Translations under genes and position numbers: made by a program
Notes under the pieces: generated by a model
What the model saw: only the letters and a program-made list of their open reading frames with translations
What the model was told of the DNA's origin: nothing
Databases searched by the model: none
Shown here: positions 31,254 through 47,531 of the stretch, in pieces
Layout of the letters: every line of letters starts with the position of its first letter
Position numbering within the stretch: position 1 is the stretch's first letter
NCBI GenBank assembly: GCA_036493755.1
Contig: DASXPG010000139.1
Location: 955-64,954, forward strand
DNA: 64,000 bases
Direction: 5' to 3'
DNA from: Gemmatimonadales bacterium
Lineage (GTDB): Bacteria > Gemmatimonadota > Gemmatimonadetes > Gemmatimonadales > JACORV01

Positions 31254-32324
31254 ATGACCATGACGATTGATCTGACCGGACTGGTCCGCCCGCACCTGGT
31301 CGAAATGACCAAGCGCGAAGATTCTCCCAACGGCGCCGAATTCCGGCTCCAGCCGCTGGAGCGTGGTTTCGGCTATACGCTCGGCAACGCGCTGCGGCGC
31401 ATGCTCCTCTCGTCCCTGCGCGGCTCGGCGGTCTGGGCTTTCCGCATGGACGGCGTCCAGCACGAGCATCAGACGGTGAACGGCGTGGTCGAGGACGTGC
31501 ACCAGGTCATCCAGAACCTCAAGGCGCTGTCGCTGGTCATCGTCCCCGAAGTCGATGAGGCCGTCCTGCACATCCAGCGCAAGGCGTCGGGACCGGTCTA
31601 CGCGCGCGACATCGAGAGCCATGGCTCGGTCCGGGTCGTGAATCCCGATCACCTGCTGTTCACGCTCCAGGATGACAAGTCAGTGGACGTCGAGCTGTAC
31701 GTGAACAAGGGCCGCGGTTACGTCGAGGCCGATTCGCATCCGATGGATCGCTCGATGCCGGTGGATGTGGTTCGGATCGATTCCATCTACAGCCCGGTTC
31801 GCCGCGCCAACTTCACCGTGGCCGAGACCCGCGTCGGCCAGCGTACCGACTTCGACCGTCTGTCGGTCACGGTCGAGACCAGCGGCTCCATCAGCCCCGA
31901 AGACGCCGTGGCCTATGCCGCCGCGCTGGCCCAGCACCACTTCGGCTACTTCGTCTCCTTCGGCCAGGTGCCGATGATCGCCGCCGAGGCGGCGACCGCT
32001 CCGGATGGCGACACGGCTCGGCTCTCGGCGCTGCTCGGCCGGCTGATCGATGACGTGGGCCTCTCGGTTCGCTCCATCAACTCGCTGAAGAACTCCAATA
32101 TCCGGACCCTGGGCGACCTGGTCCGCAACTCGGAAGAGCAGCTCCTCAAGGTCCGCAACGTCGGCGAAAAGGCCGTGGCCGAGATTGCCGAGCTGCTGCT
32201 GCGCGAAGGGCTCAACTTCGGCATGCAGTTCGAAGAGAATGCCGACGGCGGCCTGACGGTGATCGATCGCGGTACCGTGCCGGTGGTTCGGCCGGTCGTC
32301 GCCGAGGCCGGGAAGGACCTCTAG
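31254..32324 (+). CDS. rpoA: RNA polymerase alpha subunit
   Basis: PLERGFGYTLGNALRR, YSPV, RVGQRTDFDRL, LSVRSIN.L. Confidence 0.97.
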   Translation: MTMTIDLTGLVRPHLVEMTKREDSPNGAEFRLQPLERGFGYTLGNALRRMLLSSLRGSAVWAFRMDGVQHEHQTVNGVVEDVHQVIQNLKALSLVIVPEVDEAVLHIQRKASGPVYARDIESHGSVRVVNPDHLLFTLQDDKSVDVELYVNKGRGYVEADSHPMDRSMPVDVVRIDSIYSPVRRANFTVAETRVGQRTDFDRLSVTVETSGSISPEDAVAYAAALAQHHFGYFVSFGQVPMIAAEAATAPDGDTARLSALLGRLIDDVGLSVRSINSLKNSNIRTLGDLVRNSEEQLLKVRNVGEKAVAEIAELLLREGLNFGMQFEENADGGLTVIDRGTVPVVRPVVAEAGKDL

Positions 32325-32327
32325 GCC

Positions 32328-32684
32328 ATGCGGCATCGCGCCAAGCACAAACAGCTTTCACGCACCAGCTCGCACCGGCGCGCGCTGCTGTCGAACATGG
32401 CGACCAGCCTCTTCAAGCACGGCCGGATCGTCACCACGGTGACCAAGGCCAAAGAGCTGCGTCCCGTCGCCGAAAAGCTGATTACCCTCGCCCGCCGCGG
32501 TGATCTCCACGCCCGCCGGCTGGTGGAGCGCCGAATCCGCGACAAGGAAGTGAGCACCGCGCTCTTCAAGGAAATCGGCCCGCGTTTCGCGGCCCGGCCC
32601 GGCGGCTACACCCGGATCATCCGGATGGGGCACCGCCAGGGCGACGGGGCGGAGACGGCGCGGATCGAGCTGTTGGCGGAATAG
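32328..32684 (+). CDS. rplQ: 50S ribosomal protein L17
   Basis: MRHR...[22 protein letters not shown]. Confidence 0.97.
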   Translation: MRHRAKHKQLSRTSSHRRALLSNMATSLFKHGRIVTTVTKAKELRPVAEKLITLARRGDLHARRLVERRIRDKEVSTALFKEIGPRFAARPGGYTRIIRMGHRQGDGAETARIELLAE

Positions 32685-32704
32685 CTTGACGGCTTGACCA
32701 AAAC

Positions 32705-32736
32705 GACAAAGCCCCGGACTCCCCGGGGCTTTTGTC
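32705..32736. terminator. Probable bidirectional intrinsic terminator between rplQ and rpmB
   Basis: gacaaa-GCCCCGG-actcc-CCGGGGC-ttttgtc. Confidence 0.8.
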
Positions 32737-32765
32737 TAGCAGTCTAGCAGTCTAGCAGTCTAGCC
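32734..32765 (+). repeat. Octamer tandem repeat (GTCTAGCA)x3 plus GTCTAGCC
   Basis: Read directly; the last unit contains the rpmB stop codon. Confidence 0.9.
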
Positions 32766-32951
32766 CGCTTTTTGGACCTTATTCGACCGAATGCAGCCAG
32801 TGCAGACGCGGATCCGCTTTACCTCTCCGTCCACGCGCGTGCGCATGACCTGGAGGTTGGGATACCAGCGCCGAATCGTCTTGTTGTTGGCGTGCGAGAC
32901 ATTGTTCCCGAAGGTCGGGCCTTTGCCGCACACCGCGCATTTACGAGCCAT
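32760..32951 (-). CDS. rpmB: 50S ribosomal protein L28
   Basis: [32 protein letters not shown]...VCTGC; GGAG SD. Confidence 0.97.
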   Translation of the reverse strand: MARKCAVCGKGPTFGNNVSHANNKTIRRWYPNLQVMRTRVDGEVKRIRVCTGCIRSNKVQKAG

Positions 32952-32980
32952 GATTTCTCCGCTTCAAAAACTGTCGTTGA

Positions 32981-38238
<5,258 letters not shown>

Positions 38239-38239
<1 letters not shown>

Positions 38240-39378
38240 TGGCCGCGAAGAAAAAGGTGACCAAGTTGGCCAAGACCGCGAAACCGCCGGCGAAAAAGCC
38301 GGCCGCCAAGCCTCCGGCCCGGCCGGCGGCGAAAACTCCGGCCAAACCGGCCAAACCGGTCAAACCAGCCGCACCGGTCAAGCCGGCCGCCAAAGCAGCG
38401 GCGGCAGCCGCGGCAGCGGCGGCGGCGAAAGCCGCGCCGCCCGCGGGACCGCCCAAGACCAAGAAAGCGTCGCCCGGATCCAAGGGCGCCGGTCTCGGCT
38501 TCCCCTCGCTCGCCGGGACGGTGAAGTACGATGAACCGTTAGGCAGGCACACCACCTTCCGGATCGGCGGTCCGGCGCGGGTGCACTTCACCCCCGGGGA
38601 CAACGAGGCGGTGGCCGCCTCCATCGCCTGGGCCAAGGGACGCGGGATGCCGTGGATGGTCCTCGGCCTGGGCTCGAATGTGCTGGTCAAGGACGGCGGC
38701 TTTGCCGGCCTGGTGCTGAAGATCGGCAAGGGACTCGACCTGGTCGCCGCCAAGGGCAATGTCTGGAAGGTGGGCGCGGGATTGCCGACGCCGTTGCTGG
38801 CGCGGCGCGCCGCCGATGCGGGCATGGCCGGCGTGCAACGGCTGGTCGGCGTCCCCGGAACGGTGGGCGGCGGCGTGTTCATGAATGCCGGCGCGCACGG
38901 CCAGGATTTCGAGAAGGTCACCCAATCGGTCACGCTGCTGACCCCCAAGGGCGAGGTCGAGGAGCGGGCGAAGAAGGCCATCAACTTCAGCTACCGGCGC
39001 AGCGGGCTCGAGGGCTCCGTGGTGCTGGGCTGCACCGTGAAGCTCGAGGAATCGCACGCCGACCGGGTGAAAGCAGATCTGGCGCTCCACCTCAAGAAGC
39101 GCCGCGAAGGGACGCCGTTCGACCAGCCCTGCTGCGGCAGCGTTTTCAAGAACCCCGATCTGATGACCGCGGGACGGCTGATCGAGAAGTGCGGCCTCAA
39201 GGGCCGGCGCGTAGGGGGTGCGGAGATCTCGCCGATGCACGCGAACTACATCGTCAACAAGGGCGGCGCGACGGCCGACGACGTGCTCAAGCTCATCGAC
39301 GTCGCGCGTACCGCCGTGTTCAAGGAATTCGGTCTCGAGCTCGAGCTCGAGGTGAAGGTCCTGGGAGATTCGAAGTGA
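38239..39378 (+). CDS. murB: UDP-N-acetylenolpyruvoylglucosamine reductase with Lys/Ala/Pro-rich N-terminal extension
   Basis: [57 protein letters not shown] coupling to carB. Confidence 0.93.
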
Positions 39379-39944
39379 GTGATTACTACGTGCATCCTTC
39401 GTCGTTCGTCGACGAAGGTGCCGTCGTCGGGAAGGGATCGAAGATCTGGCATTTCTGTCACGTGCTGCCCGGCGCCATCATCGGCGAGCGGTGCAACATC
39501 GGCCAGAACTGCGTGATCATGCCGGGCGTGAAGCTCGGCAACAACGTGAAGATGCAGAACAACGTCTCGGTCTACGAAGGCGTCGAGCTGGAAGACGACG
39601 TCTTCTGCGGACCGTCGATGGTGTTCACCAACGTCGGCACGCCGCGCAGCCACGTGAACCGGCGGGGCGAGTACGAGCGCACCCTGGTCAGGCAAGGGGC
39701 GAGCATCGGCGCCAATGCCACGGTGGTCTGCGGCAACACGCTGGGGCGGTTCAGCTTCGTCGGCGCGGGCGCGGTGGTCACCAGGGATGTGAGGGACTAC
39801 GCACTGGTGGTCGGGAATCCGGCGCGCCAGATCGGCTGGATGTGCCAGTGCGGCGAACGGCTCGCGCTGACCCAGGGGAAGGGGACCTGCGAGCGTTGCG
39901 GGACCCGCTATCACGAAGACAAGGGAGCATTGATCCAGGAATGA
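39375..39944 (+). CDS. Hexapeptide-repeat N-acetyltransferase, WbpD/WlbB-like
   Basis: [37 protein letters not shown]-terminal CxC..CxxC. Confidence 0.88.
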   Translation: MSDYYVHPSSFVDEGAVVGKGSKIWHFCHVLPGAIIGERCNIGQNCVIMPGVKLGNNVKMQNNVSVYEGVELEDDVFCGPSMVFTNVGTPRSHVNRRGEYERTLVRQGASIGANATVVCGNTLGRFSFVGAGAVVTRDVRDYALVVGNPARQIGWMCQCGERLALTQGKGTCERCGTRYHEDKGALIQE

Positions 39945-41080
39945 GTACCGCCATCACACCGATGAACGTTCCGATTCTCGATCTCAAGGCGCAGCACGCG
40001 ACCATTCGTGATGCGGTGATGCAGAAGGTCATGCCGGTGATCGAGGGGCAGACTTTCATCCTGGGCCAGGTGGTCCAGGATCTCGAAGTGCGCATCGCGG
40101 CGCTGTCGCACGCCAAATACGGCATCGGCGTGGCGAGCGGGACCGACGCACTGCTGCTGCCGCTGAAGGCGCTCGATCTCAAGCCGGGCGACGAGGTGAT
40201 CTGTCCGACGTTCACCTTCTTCGCCACCGCCGGCGCGATCCACAACGCGGGCGGCACGCCGAAGTTCGTGGATATCGATGCCGATACCTACAACCTCGAC
40301 GTCGCCAAAGTCGAGGCGGCCATCGGTCCGCGCACCCGCGCGATCATGCCGGTGCACCTCTACGGTCAGATGGCGCCGATGCTCGAGCTGATGAAGCTCG
40401 CCGCGCCGCGCGGCATCGCGGTCATCGAGGATGCGGCGCAGGCGATCGGCGCGCGCCGCAAGGTCGATGGCGCCTGGCGCACGGCCGGCGAAATGGGCAG
40501 CGCCACCGGCTTCTCGTTCTTTCCGACCAAGAATCTCGGCGGCTGGGGCGATGGCGGCATGGTCGTCACCTCCGACGACCGGATGGAAAAGCGCATCCGG
40601 ATGCTGCGCACGCATGGCGGCATCAAGACCTACCATCATGAGGAAGTCGGATTCAACTCGCGGCTCGACGCGCTCCAGGCCGCGGTGCTGCTCGCCAAGC
40701 TTCCCTGGCTCCAGCAGTGGAGCGAGGCGCGGGCCGCCAACGCCGCTTTCTATGCCAGGTCGCTGGCGGGTGTCGGCGGGGTGCGCACCCCGGTCACCGA
40801 CAAGGCGAACGAGCACATTTTCCATCAGTACATGATCGACGCCGATCGCCGCGATGAGCTTCAGGCGCACCTCAAGGCGGCCGGGATCGGCTCGATGGTC
40901 TACTATCCGGTGCCATTGCATCTGCAACCCTGCTTTGCCGACCTCGGCGGCAAGGCCGGCCAGATGCCGGTGGCCGAGCGGGCCTCGGGCCGGGTGCTCG
41001 CCCTGCCGGTCTATCCGGAGATGACGCAGGCGCAGAAGGACCACGTAGTGGGCGCGATCCGCTCCTTCTTCGGCGCATGA
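39941..41080 (+). CDS. DegT/DnrJ/EryC1/StrS aminotransferase, WbpE-like
   Basis: [38 protein letters not shown]. Confidence 0.9.
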   Translation: MSTAITPMNVPILDLKAQHATIRDAVMQKVMPVIEGQTFILGQVVQDLEVRIAALSHAKYGIGVASGTDALLLPLKALDLKPGDEVICPTFTFFATAGAIHNAGGTPKFVDIDADTYNLDVAKVEAAIGPRTRAIMPVHLYGQMAPMLELMKLAAPRGIAVIEDAAQAIGARRKVDGAWRTAGEMGSATGFSFFPTKNLGGWGDGGMVVTSDDRMEKRIRMLRTHGGIKTYHHEEVGFNSRLDALQAAVLLAKLPWLQQWSEARAANAAFYARSLAGVGGVRTPVTDKANEHIFHQYMIDADRRDELQAHLKAAGIGSMVYYPVPLHLQPCFADLGGKAGQMPVAERASGRVLALPVYPEMTQAQKDHVVGAIRSFFGA

Positions 41081-42087
41081 GCCGATTGAAGGTCGGCGTC
41101 ATCGGCGCCGGAAACTGGGGCCGCAACCACGTCCGCACCCTGGCCACGATGGCCGGCGCGGAGCTGGTGGCTGTCTGCGACGCGTCGGCCGCGGTGCGGG
41201 AGAAACTGTCCCGGCAGTATCCGGCGGTGCTGGTTACGGACGACGCCGACGCCCTGCTGTCCAGGGTCGAAGCGGTGGTCATCGCCGCGCCCGCGACCAC
41301 GCACGCCGACCTGGCGCGGAAGGCGATCGCCGCCGGCATTCCGGCGCTGGTCGAGAAGCCCTTCGCGCTCTCGGTGAAGGACGCCGAAGACATGGCGGCG
41401 CGCGCCGAGAAGGCCAATGTGCCGCTGCTCGCCGGTCACCTGCTCGAGTATCACCCGGTGGTCGAGCGGTTGCGGGAGATGATCGCCGCCGGCGCGCTGG
41501 GACAGATCTACTATGTGTACGGGCAGCGGGTGAATCTGGGACAGATCCGTCCCGACGAGAATGCGTTGTGGAGCTTCGGGCCGCATGACGTCAGCGTCGC
41601 GCTCTTCCTCATGGGTGAAGCGCCGGTGACGGTGGCCGCCGCGGGAAAGAGCTACCTCCAGCCGGGCATCGAGGACGTGGTCTTTCTCACGATGGAGTTC
41701 GCTTCGGGGGTCATCGCCCACGTGCAGCTGTCATGGCTCGATCCCAACAAGGAGCGCAAGCTCACCGTGGTCGGCTCGAAGCAGATGGCGGTCTTCGACG
41801 ACATGCAGCCGCGCGAGAAGCTGCGGCTGTACGACAAGGGTGTGGACCGGCCGCCAGAGTACCGGTCCTACGGCGAATCACTGCAGATCCGGGAGGGTGA
41901 CATCTACATCCCCCGGTTGCCCAACATCGAGCCGCTCGCGGCCGAGCTGGGACATTTTCTCGCCGTGGCCCGGCGCGAGACCAAGCCCCGCAGCGACGCC
42001 GCCGATGGCGTCCGCGTGGTGCGGGTTCTCGCCGCGGCGACGGAATCGCTCAAGCAACATGGACAACCCATTGGAGTGTCGGTGTGA
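41077..42087 (+). CDS. Gfo/Idh/MocA oxidoreductase (sugar 3-dehydrogenase, WbpB-like role)
   Basis: IGAGNWG, VEKP, PHD, SWL.P.KER. Confidence 0.85.
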   Translation: MSRLKVGVIGAGNWGRNHVRTLATMAGAELVAVCDASAAVREKLSRQYPAVLVTDDADALLSRVEAVVIAAPATTHADLARKAIAAGIPALVEKPFALSVKDAEDMAARAEKANVPLLAGHLLEYHPVVERLREMIAAGALGQIYYVYGQRVNLGQIRPDENALWSFGPHDVSVALFLMGEAPVTVAAAGKSYLQPGIEDVVFLTMEFASGVIAHVQLSWLDPNKERKLTVVGSKQMAVFDDMQPREKLRLYDKGVDRPPEYRSYGESLQIREGDIYIPRLPNIEPLAAELGHFLAVARRETKPRSDAADGVRVVRVLAAATESLKQHGQPIGVSV

Positions 42088-43388
42088 CGAATAAACTTGG
42101 GGAACAGCTGAAGCAGAGGGCCAAAGACCGCACGGCCATCGTCGGAATCGTGGGACTGGGCTACGTGGGCTTGCCGCTGGCCATGGAAATGGCCGAAGCG
42201 GGATTTTCGGTCATCGGCTTCGACGTCAGCAAGCGCGTCGTCGACCAGCTCAACGGCGGGACCTCGCACGTGCAGGACGTCCCCTCCACGCGCCTCGCCA
42301 AGTTCATCAAGAGCGGCAAGTTCTCGGCGACCACCGACCTGTCGCGGATGAAAGAGCCCGACTGCATCGCCATCGCGGTGCCGACGCCGCTCTCCAAGAC
42401 CCGCGATCCGGACGTGTCGTATATCGTCGCCGCGACCGAGAGCGTTGCGCGCGCCCTGCGCGCGGGACAGCTCATCGTCCTCGAAAGCACCACCTATCCC
42501 GGCACCACGCGCGAGCTGATGCTGCCCGCCCTCGAGAAGGGCGGACTCAAGGTGGGCGAAGATTTCTTCCTCGCCTTCAGCCCCGAGCGCGTCGATCCCG
42601 GCAATCCCAAGTACGGTACCCGCAACACGCCGAAGGTCGTGGGCGGCATCACGCCGACCTGCACCGACGTGGCGGTGGCGATCTACGCCCCCGCGATCGA
42701 CCGGCTGGTGCCGGTCGATTCCCCGGAAGCCGCCGAGCTGGTGAAACTGCTCGAGAACACCTTCCGCTCGGTGAACATCGGGCTCGTCAACGAGATGGCG
42801 ATCGTCTGCGACAAGCTGGGCGTCGATGTCTGGGAAGTCATCGAGGCGGCGTCGACCAAGCCGTTCGGCTTCATGAAGTTCACGCCCGGTCCCGGCGTGG
42901 GCGGACACTGCATTCCTCTCGACCCGCATTACCTCGCGTGGAAGATGCGGACGCTCAACTACCGCACCCGCTTCATCGAGCTGGCCGGCGAGATCAATGC
43001 CGAGATGCCGGAGTACTGGGTCTCGCGGGTGACCACCCAGCTCAACGACGCCGCCAAGTCGGTGCGTGGCTCGGTGGTGCTGATCCTCGGCGTCGCCTAC
43101 AAGAAGGACATCGACGACGTCCGCGAGAGTCCGGCGCTCGACATCATCCGGCTGCTCGAGCAGATGGGCGCGAAGGTCCAGTACCACGATCCCTACATCG
43201 ACGAGCTGCACGAGGACGGGGTCGCGCTGAAATCGATCCCGCTCGATGCCGCGACGCTGCGCAAGGCCGATTGCGTCATGCTCGTCACCGATCATACCAA
43301 CTTCGATTACGCGATGATCGCGCGCGAAGCGCACTCCGTGGTCGATACCCGGCACGCCATCGCCGACCGCGCCAAGGCGGCGCGCTGA
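42084..43388 (+). CDS. UDP-N-acetylglucosamine 6-dehydrogenase, WbpA-like
   Basis: GLGYVG, VPTP, ESTTYPGTT, SPER.DPGN, KLLENTFR.VNI, GGHCIP, YK.DIDDVRES. Confidence 0.9.
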   Translation: MTNKLGEQLKQRAKDRTAIVGIVGLGYVGLPLAMEMAEAGFSVIGFDVSKRVVDQLNGGTSHVQDVPSTRLAKFIKSGKFSATTDLSRMKEPDCIAIAVPTPLSKTRDPDVSYIVAATESVARALRAGQLIVLESTTYPGTTRELMLPALEKGGLKVGEDFFLAFSPERVDPGNPKYGTRNTPKVVGGITPTCTDVAVAIYAPAIDRLVPVDSPEAAELVKLLENTFRSVNIGLVNEMAIVCDKLGVDVWEVIEAASTKPFGFMKFTPGPGVGGHCIPLDPHYLAWKMRTLNYRTRFIELAGEINAEMPEYWVSRVTTQLNDAAKSVRGSVVLILGVAYKKDIDDVRESPALDIIRLLEQMGAKVQYHDPYIDELHEDGVALKSIPLDAATLRKADCVMLVTDHTNFDYAMIAREAHSVVDTRHAIADRAKAAR

Positions 43389-43392
43389 CACA

Positions 43393-44271
43393 TTGCGCAT
43401 CGGTGTGACCGGCGCCGGCGGGCTGGTCGGAACCACACTCGTGCCGCTCTGGCGCCGCGCCGGACACGACGTCGTCCCCTGGACCCGGCGTGAAATGGAT
43501 GTGACCCGCGCCCCGGACGTGGCGGCCGTCATCGCCGATGCGCGCCCCGATGTGGTGGTCCACCTTGCCGCGTATACCGATGTGGATCGCGCTGAACGCG
43601 AGCCCGATCTGGCCTTGGCCGTGAACGGCGCCGGGACCGGCGCGGTCGCCGCGGCGTGCCGTGCGGCAGGAGCCAGGTGCGTGTACGTCAGCAGCGACTA
43701 CGTGCTGAACGGCGAGCGCGAAGGGCCGCTGCCGACTGACGCGCCGCTTCGTCCGGCCGGCGCCTACGCCAGAGCCAAGTCCGCCGGCGAGCAGGCCGTG
43801 CGCGCCGCCGGGGGGAACTGGATGATTGCGCGCACCGGCTGGGTTTTTGGCCCGGGCGGCCGGAACTTCGTGGACACGATGCGGGAACGCGCCGCGAACC
43901 GGACCCCATCGCGGGTCGTGCAGGATCAGCACGGCGCGCCGACCTCGAGCCGGTTCATCGCATCGGTACTGCTGGAGCTGGTGAAGGCCGGCAGCGGCGG
44001 GGTGTGGCACGTCGCGCCCTCGGGATCGACGACCTGGTTCGAGGTGGCGCGCCTGATCTACACCGCCGCCGGCGCCGATCCGGCGCTGGTGTCGCCGTGC
44101 GACAGTGCCGAGCTTGGCCGGCCGGCTCCCCGGCCGCGCTTCGCGGTGCTGGACACCGCCGCAACCGCGCGCGCCCTGGGCCGGCCGTTGCCGCCCTGGC
44201 AGCGCGATGTCGAGAGCTACGTCACGACCGGCTCGCTGCCGTGCTCCGCCTGGGAGCGCGAGGACCCATGA
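43393..44271 (+). CDS. rfbD: dTDP-4-dehydrorhamnose reductase
   Basis: TGAGGLVG, AAYTDVDRAE, SSDYV, YARAK, DQHGAPT, PAPRP. Confidence 0.88.
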   Translation: MRIGVTGAGGLVGTTLVPLWRRAGHDVVPWTRREMDVTRAPDVAAVIADARPDVVVHLAAYTDVDRAEREPDLALAVNGAGTGAVAAACRAAGARCVYVSSDYVLNGEREGPLPTDAPLRPAGAYARAKSAGEQAVRAAGGNWMIARTGWVFGPGGRNFVDTMRERAANRTPSRVVQDQHGAPTSSRFIASVLLELVKAGSGGVWHVAPSGSTTWFEVARLIYTAAGADPALVSPCDSAELGRPAPRPRFAVLDTAATARALGRPLPPWQRDVESYVTTGSLPCSAWEREDP

Positions 44272-44287
44272 CCGGAAGAGCGAGCCG

Positions 44288-45301
44288 ATGAAGATCCTCG
44301 TCACCGGCGGTCTGGGGTTCATCGGCTCCAACTTCGTGCGCCTGGTACTCGCCGAGCGGCCGGCGTGGTCGGTGGTGAACCTCGACCTCGTGACCTACGC
44401 GGGTAACCCCGCGAATCTGAAGGATGTGGATGGGCAGCCGCGCTACCGTTTCGTGCGCGGAGATATCGCCGATGCTGAAGCGGCGAGGGCGGCCCTGGAG
44501 GGCTGCGACGCCGTGGTGAATTTCGCGGCCGAGTCGCACGTGGACCGCTCGATTCTGTCGGCGGGACCCTTCGTCCGGACCAACATCCTCGGCACGATGA
44601 CGCTGCTCGACGCGGCGCGCGCCGCCGGGACCAGGCGGTTCGTGCAGGTCTCGACCGACGAGGTTTATGGCGCTCTCGGACCCGGCGACGCGCCGTTCAC
44701 CGAGACGACGCCGATGAATCCGACCAGTCCCTATGCGGCATCCAAGGCGGGGGCGGATCACCTGGCGCTGGCCTACGCGCGAACCCATGGCATGGACATC
44801 GTGGTGACGCGCTGCTCGAACAACTATGGTCCGTACCAGTTTCCCGAGAAGCTGATCCCGTTGATGATCACCAACGCGATCGAGGGGCAGCCGCTTCCGG
44901 TGTACGGCGACGGCCGGCAGGTGCGGGACTGGATCCATGTCGAGGATCACTGCCGCGGCATCCTGGTCTCGCTGGAGCGGGGAAAGGCCGGCGAGGTCTA
45001 CAATTTCGGCGGCGAGGCGGAACGCGAGAATATCGAGATCGTGCGGCGCGTGGTGGCGGCGATCGGCGCGCCGCCCGAGCTGATCCGTCATGTGACCGAC
45101 CGGCCCGCGCACGACCGCCGTTATGCGATGAACGTGGCGCACGTGCGCGCCGCACTGGGCTGGTCGCCGCGCTGGAGTTTCGAGGATGGCCTCGCGGCGA
45201 CCGTGCGGTGGTATCGCGAACACGATGATTGGTGGCGCGCCGTCAAAGACGGCCGCTACCGGCAATTCTACCAGAGCTGGTACGGGGAGCGGACGGCATG
45301 A
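44288..45301 (+). CDS. rfbB: dTDP-glucose 4,6-dehydratase
   Basis: TGGLGFIGSN, TYAGN, AAESHVDRS, STDEVYG, SNNYGPYQFPEK, HDRRYA. Confidence 0.95.
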   Translation: MKILVTGGLGFIGSNFVRLVLAERPAWSVVNLDLVTYAGNPANLKDVDGQPRYRFVRGDIADAEAARAALEGCDAVVNFAAESHVDRSILSAGPFVRTNILGTMTLLDAARAAGTRRFVQVSTDEVYGALGPGDAPFTETTPMNPTSPYAASKAGADHLALAYARTHGMDIVVTRCSNNYGPYQFPEKLIPLMITNAIEGQPLPVYGDGRQVRDWIHVEDHCRGILVSLERGKAGEVYNFGGEAERENIEIVRRVVAAIGAPPELIRHVTDRPAHDRRYAMNVAHVRAALGWSPRWSFEDGLAATVRWYREHDDWWRAVKDGRYRQFYQSWYGERTA

Positions 45302-46599
45302 AGGTCGCGGTCATTGGAACGGGTTACGTCGGGCTGGTCATCGGCGCCGGGCTGGCGGAGAGCGGTAACACCGTCGTCTGCGCCGACGTCAACGCCGACA
45401 AGATCGCCCGGCTGAACCGCGGCGAGATCCCCATCTACGAGCCGGGCCTCGAGCCGCTCGTGGTCCGCAACAATGAAGAAGGCCGGCTGCGCTTCACCAC
45501 CGACGTCGGCGACGCAGTGGAGCAGAGCGAGGTCATCTTCATCGCCGTGGGCACGCCGCAGGACGAGGACGGCTCCGCCGACCTGACCCACGTGCTCGCC
45601 GTGGCCGACACCATCGGCCGGCATATGACCACCACCAAGCTGGTGGTCACCAAGAGCACGGTGCCGGTGGGGACGGCCGAGAAGGTGCGGGCCGCCGTCG
45701 CCGCGCGGACGCAGAAGCCCTTCCACATCGCATCGAATCCCGAATTCCTGAAGGAAGGGGCGGCGGTTCAGGATTTCATGAAGCCCGACCGCGTGGTGGT
45801 GGGCGTGGACCATCCCGAGGCCCAGCGGCTGCTCCAGGAGCTGTACAGCCCATTCGTCAGGCAGGGAAATCCGATCATCTTCATGGACATCCCGTCGGCC
45901 GAGGTGACCAAGTACGCCGCCAACGCGATGCTCGCGGTCCGGATCACCATGATGAACCAGTTCGCCAATCTCTGCGAGAGGGTCGGCGCCGACGTTCGCA
46001 ACGTGCGCCTGGGCATCGGCTCCGATGAGCGGATCGGCCGGCACTTCCTGTATCCCGGGCCCGGCTACGGCGGCTCGTGCTTCCCCAAGGATGTGAAGGC
46101 GCTGGTGACCACCGGCCGCCAGGTCGGCTTCGGCCTGGAAGTGCTCGAAGCGGTGGACCACGCCAACGACGCGCAGAAGCGCGTTCCCTTCGAGAAGCTG
46201 AAGAAGGCGCTGGGGGGCAACCTCAAGGGCGCGCGGGTCGCGGTCTGGGGCCTGGCCTTCAAGGCGCAGACCGACGACATGCGCGAGTCGTCCGCGCTGG
46301 TGGTGGTCGAGGGCCTGCTGAACGCGGGGGCGGTCGCGGTGGTTCACGACCCGCAGGCGATGCACGAGGCCAGGCGCCGGTTCGGCAACCGGGTCACCTA
46401 CGCCGAGCACCGCTACGACGCGCTGCAGGACGCCGATGCGCTGGTGGTGCTGACCGAGTGGCAGGAATACCGGGTGCTCGATCTCGAGCTGGTGAAGTCG
46501 AAGCTGAAGCGCGCCGTGATCATCGATGCGCGCAACCTCTACGACATCGACCGCATCCGCGGCGCCGGTTTCACGTACGACTCGATCGGTCGCCGTTGA
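45298..46599 (+). CDS. ugd: UDP-glucose 6-dehydrogenase
   Basis: [44 protein letters not shown]. Confidence 0.93.
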   Translation: MKVAVIGTGYVGLVIGAGLAESGNTVVCADVNADKIARLNRGEIPIYEPGLEPLVVRNNEEGRLRFTTDVGDAVEQSEVIFIAVGTPQDEDGSADLTHVLAVADTIGRHMTTTKLVVTKSTVPVGTAEKVRAAVAARTQKPFHIASNPEFLKEGAAVQDFMKPDRVVVGVDHPEAQRLLQELYSPFVRQGNPIIFMDIPSAEVTKYAANAMLAVRITMMNQFANLCERVGADVRNVRLGIGSDERIGRHFLYPGPGYGGSCFPKDVKALVTTGRQVGFGLEVLEAVDHANDAQKRVPFEKLKKALGGNLKGARVAVWGLAFKAQTDDMRESSALVVVEGLLNAGAVAVVHDPQAMHEARRRFGNRVTYAEHRYDALQDADALVVLTEWQEYRVLDLELVKSKLKRAVIIDARNLYDIDRIRGAGFTYDSIGRR

Positions 46600-47531
46600 T
46601 GCGGGTGCTGATCACCGGCGTCGCCGGCTTTCTGGGTTCGCACCTCGCCGACCGCTTCCTCGCCGACGGCCACGAGGTGGTCGGCATGGACAACTTCATC
46701 ACCGGACGGGCGGAAAACATCTCGCACCTGACCGGCCAGTCGAAGTTCGCCTTCCACCAGGTGGACGTCACGAACTTCATCTTCGTCCAGGGCCCGCTCG
46801 ACGGCGTGCTGCACTTCGCTTCGCCGGCCAGCCCGCGCGACTATCTCGAGCTGCCGATCCAGACGCTCAAGGTGGGATCGTTAGGCACCCACAAGGCCCT
46901 CGGCCTGGCGATGGCCAAGAAGGCCCGGTTCCTGCTGGCGTCGACCTCCGAGGTGTACGGAGATCCGCTGGTCCATCCCCAGCCGGAGAGCTACTGGGGG
47001 AACGTCAATCCGGTGGGTCCGCGCGGCGTCTACGACGAGGCCAAGCGCTTCGCCGAAGCGATGACCATGGCGTATCACCGGCATCATGGCGTGGACACGC
47101 GCATCGTCCGCATCTTCAACACCTATGGGCCGCGGATGCGCGAGCGCGACGGCCGGGTGGTGTCGAACTTCATCGTCCAGGCGCTCGAAGGGAAACCGCT
47201 CACCGTCTACGGAGACGGCAGCCAGTCACGCTCGTTTACCTACGTGGACGACCTGGTCGAGGGGATCACGCGCCTCTTCCACCAGGGCACCAACGATCCC
47301 ACGAATATCGGCAACGACAAGGAATTCACCGTCCAGCAGCTGGCCGATAACGTGCTGCGGCTCACCGGATCGACGTCGACCATCATTCGCGAGCCGCTGC
47401 CGGTGGACGATCCCAAGATCCGCCAACCCGACCTGACGCGTGCCCGCTCCACGCTGGGCTGGTCGCCGGCGGTGCCGCTCGAAGACGGATTGAAGAAGAC
47501 CATCGCGTACTTCAAGAGCCTCAGGTCGTAG
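46599..47531 (+). CDS. UDP-glucuronic acid decarboxylase (UDP-xylose synthase)
   Basis: [52 protein letters not shown]. Confidence 0.9.
   Translation: MRVLITGVAGFLGSHLADRFLADGHEVVGMDNFITGRAENISHLTGQSKFAFHQVDVTNFIFVQGPLDGVLHFASPASPRDYLELPIQTLKVGSLGTHKALGLAMAKKARFLLASTSEVYGDPLVHPQPESYWGNVNPVGPRGVYDEAKRFAEAMTMAYHRHHGVDTRIVRIFNTYGPRMRERDGRVVSNFIVQALEGKPLTVYGDGSQSRSFTYVDDLVEGITRLFHQGTNDPTNIGNDKEFTVQQLADNVLRLTGSTSTIIREPLPVDDPKIRQPDLTRARSTLGWSPAVPLEDGLKKTIAYFKSLRS

Noticed and set aside
30095..32765. Short arrays as CRISPR
   Set aside because: Units are 7-9 bp with no unique spacers and no cas genes
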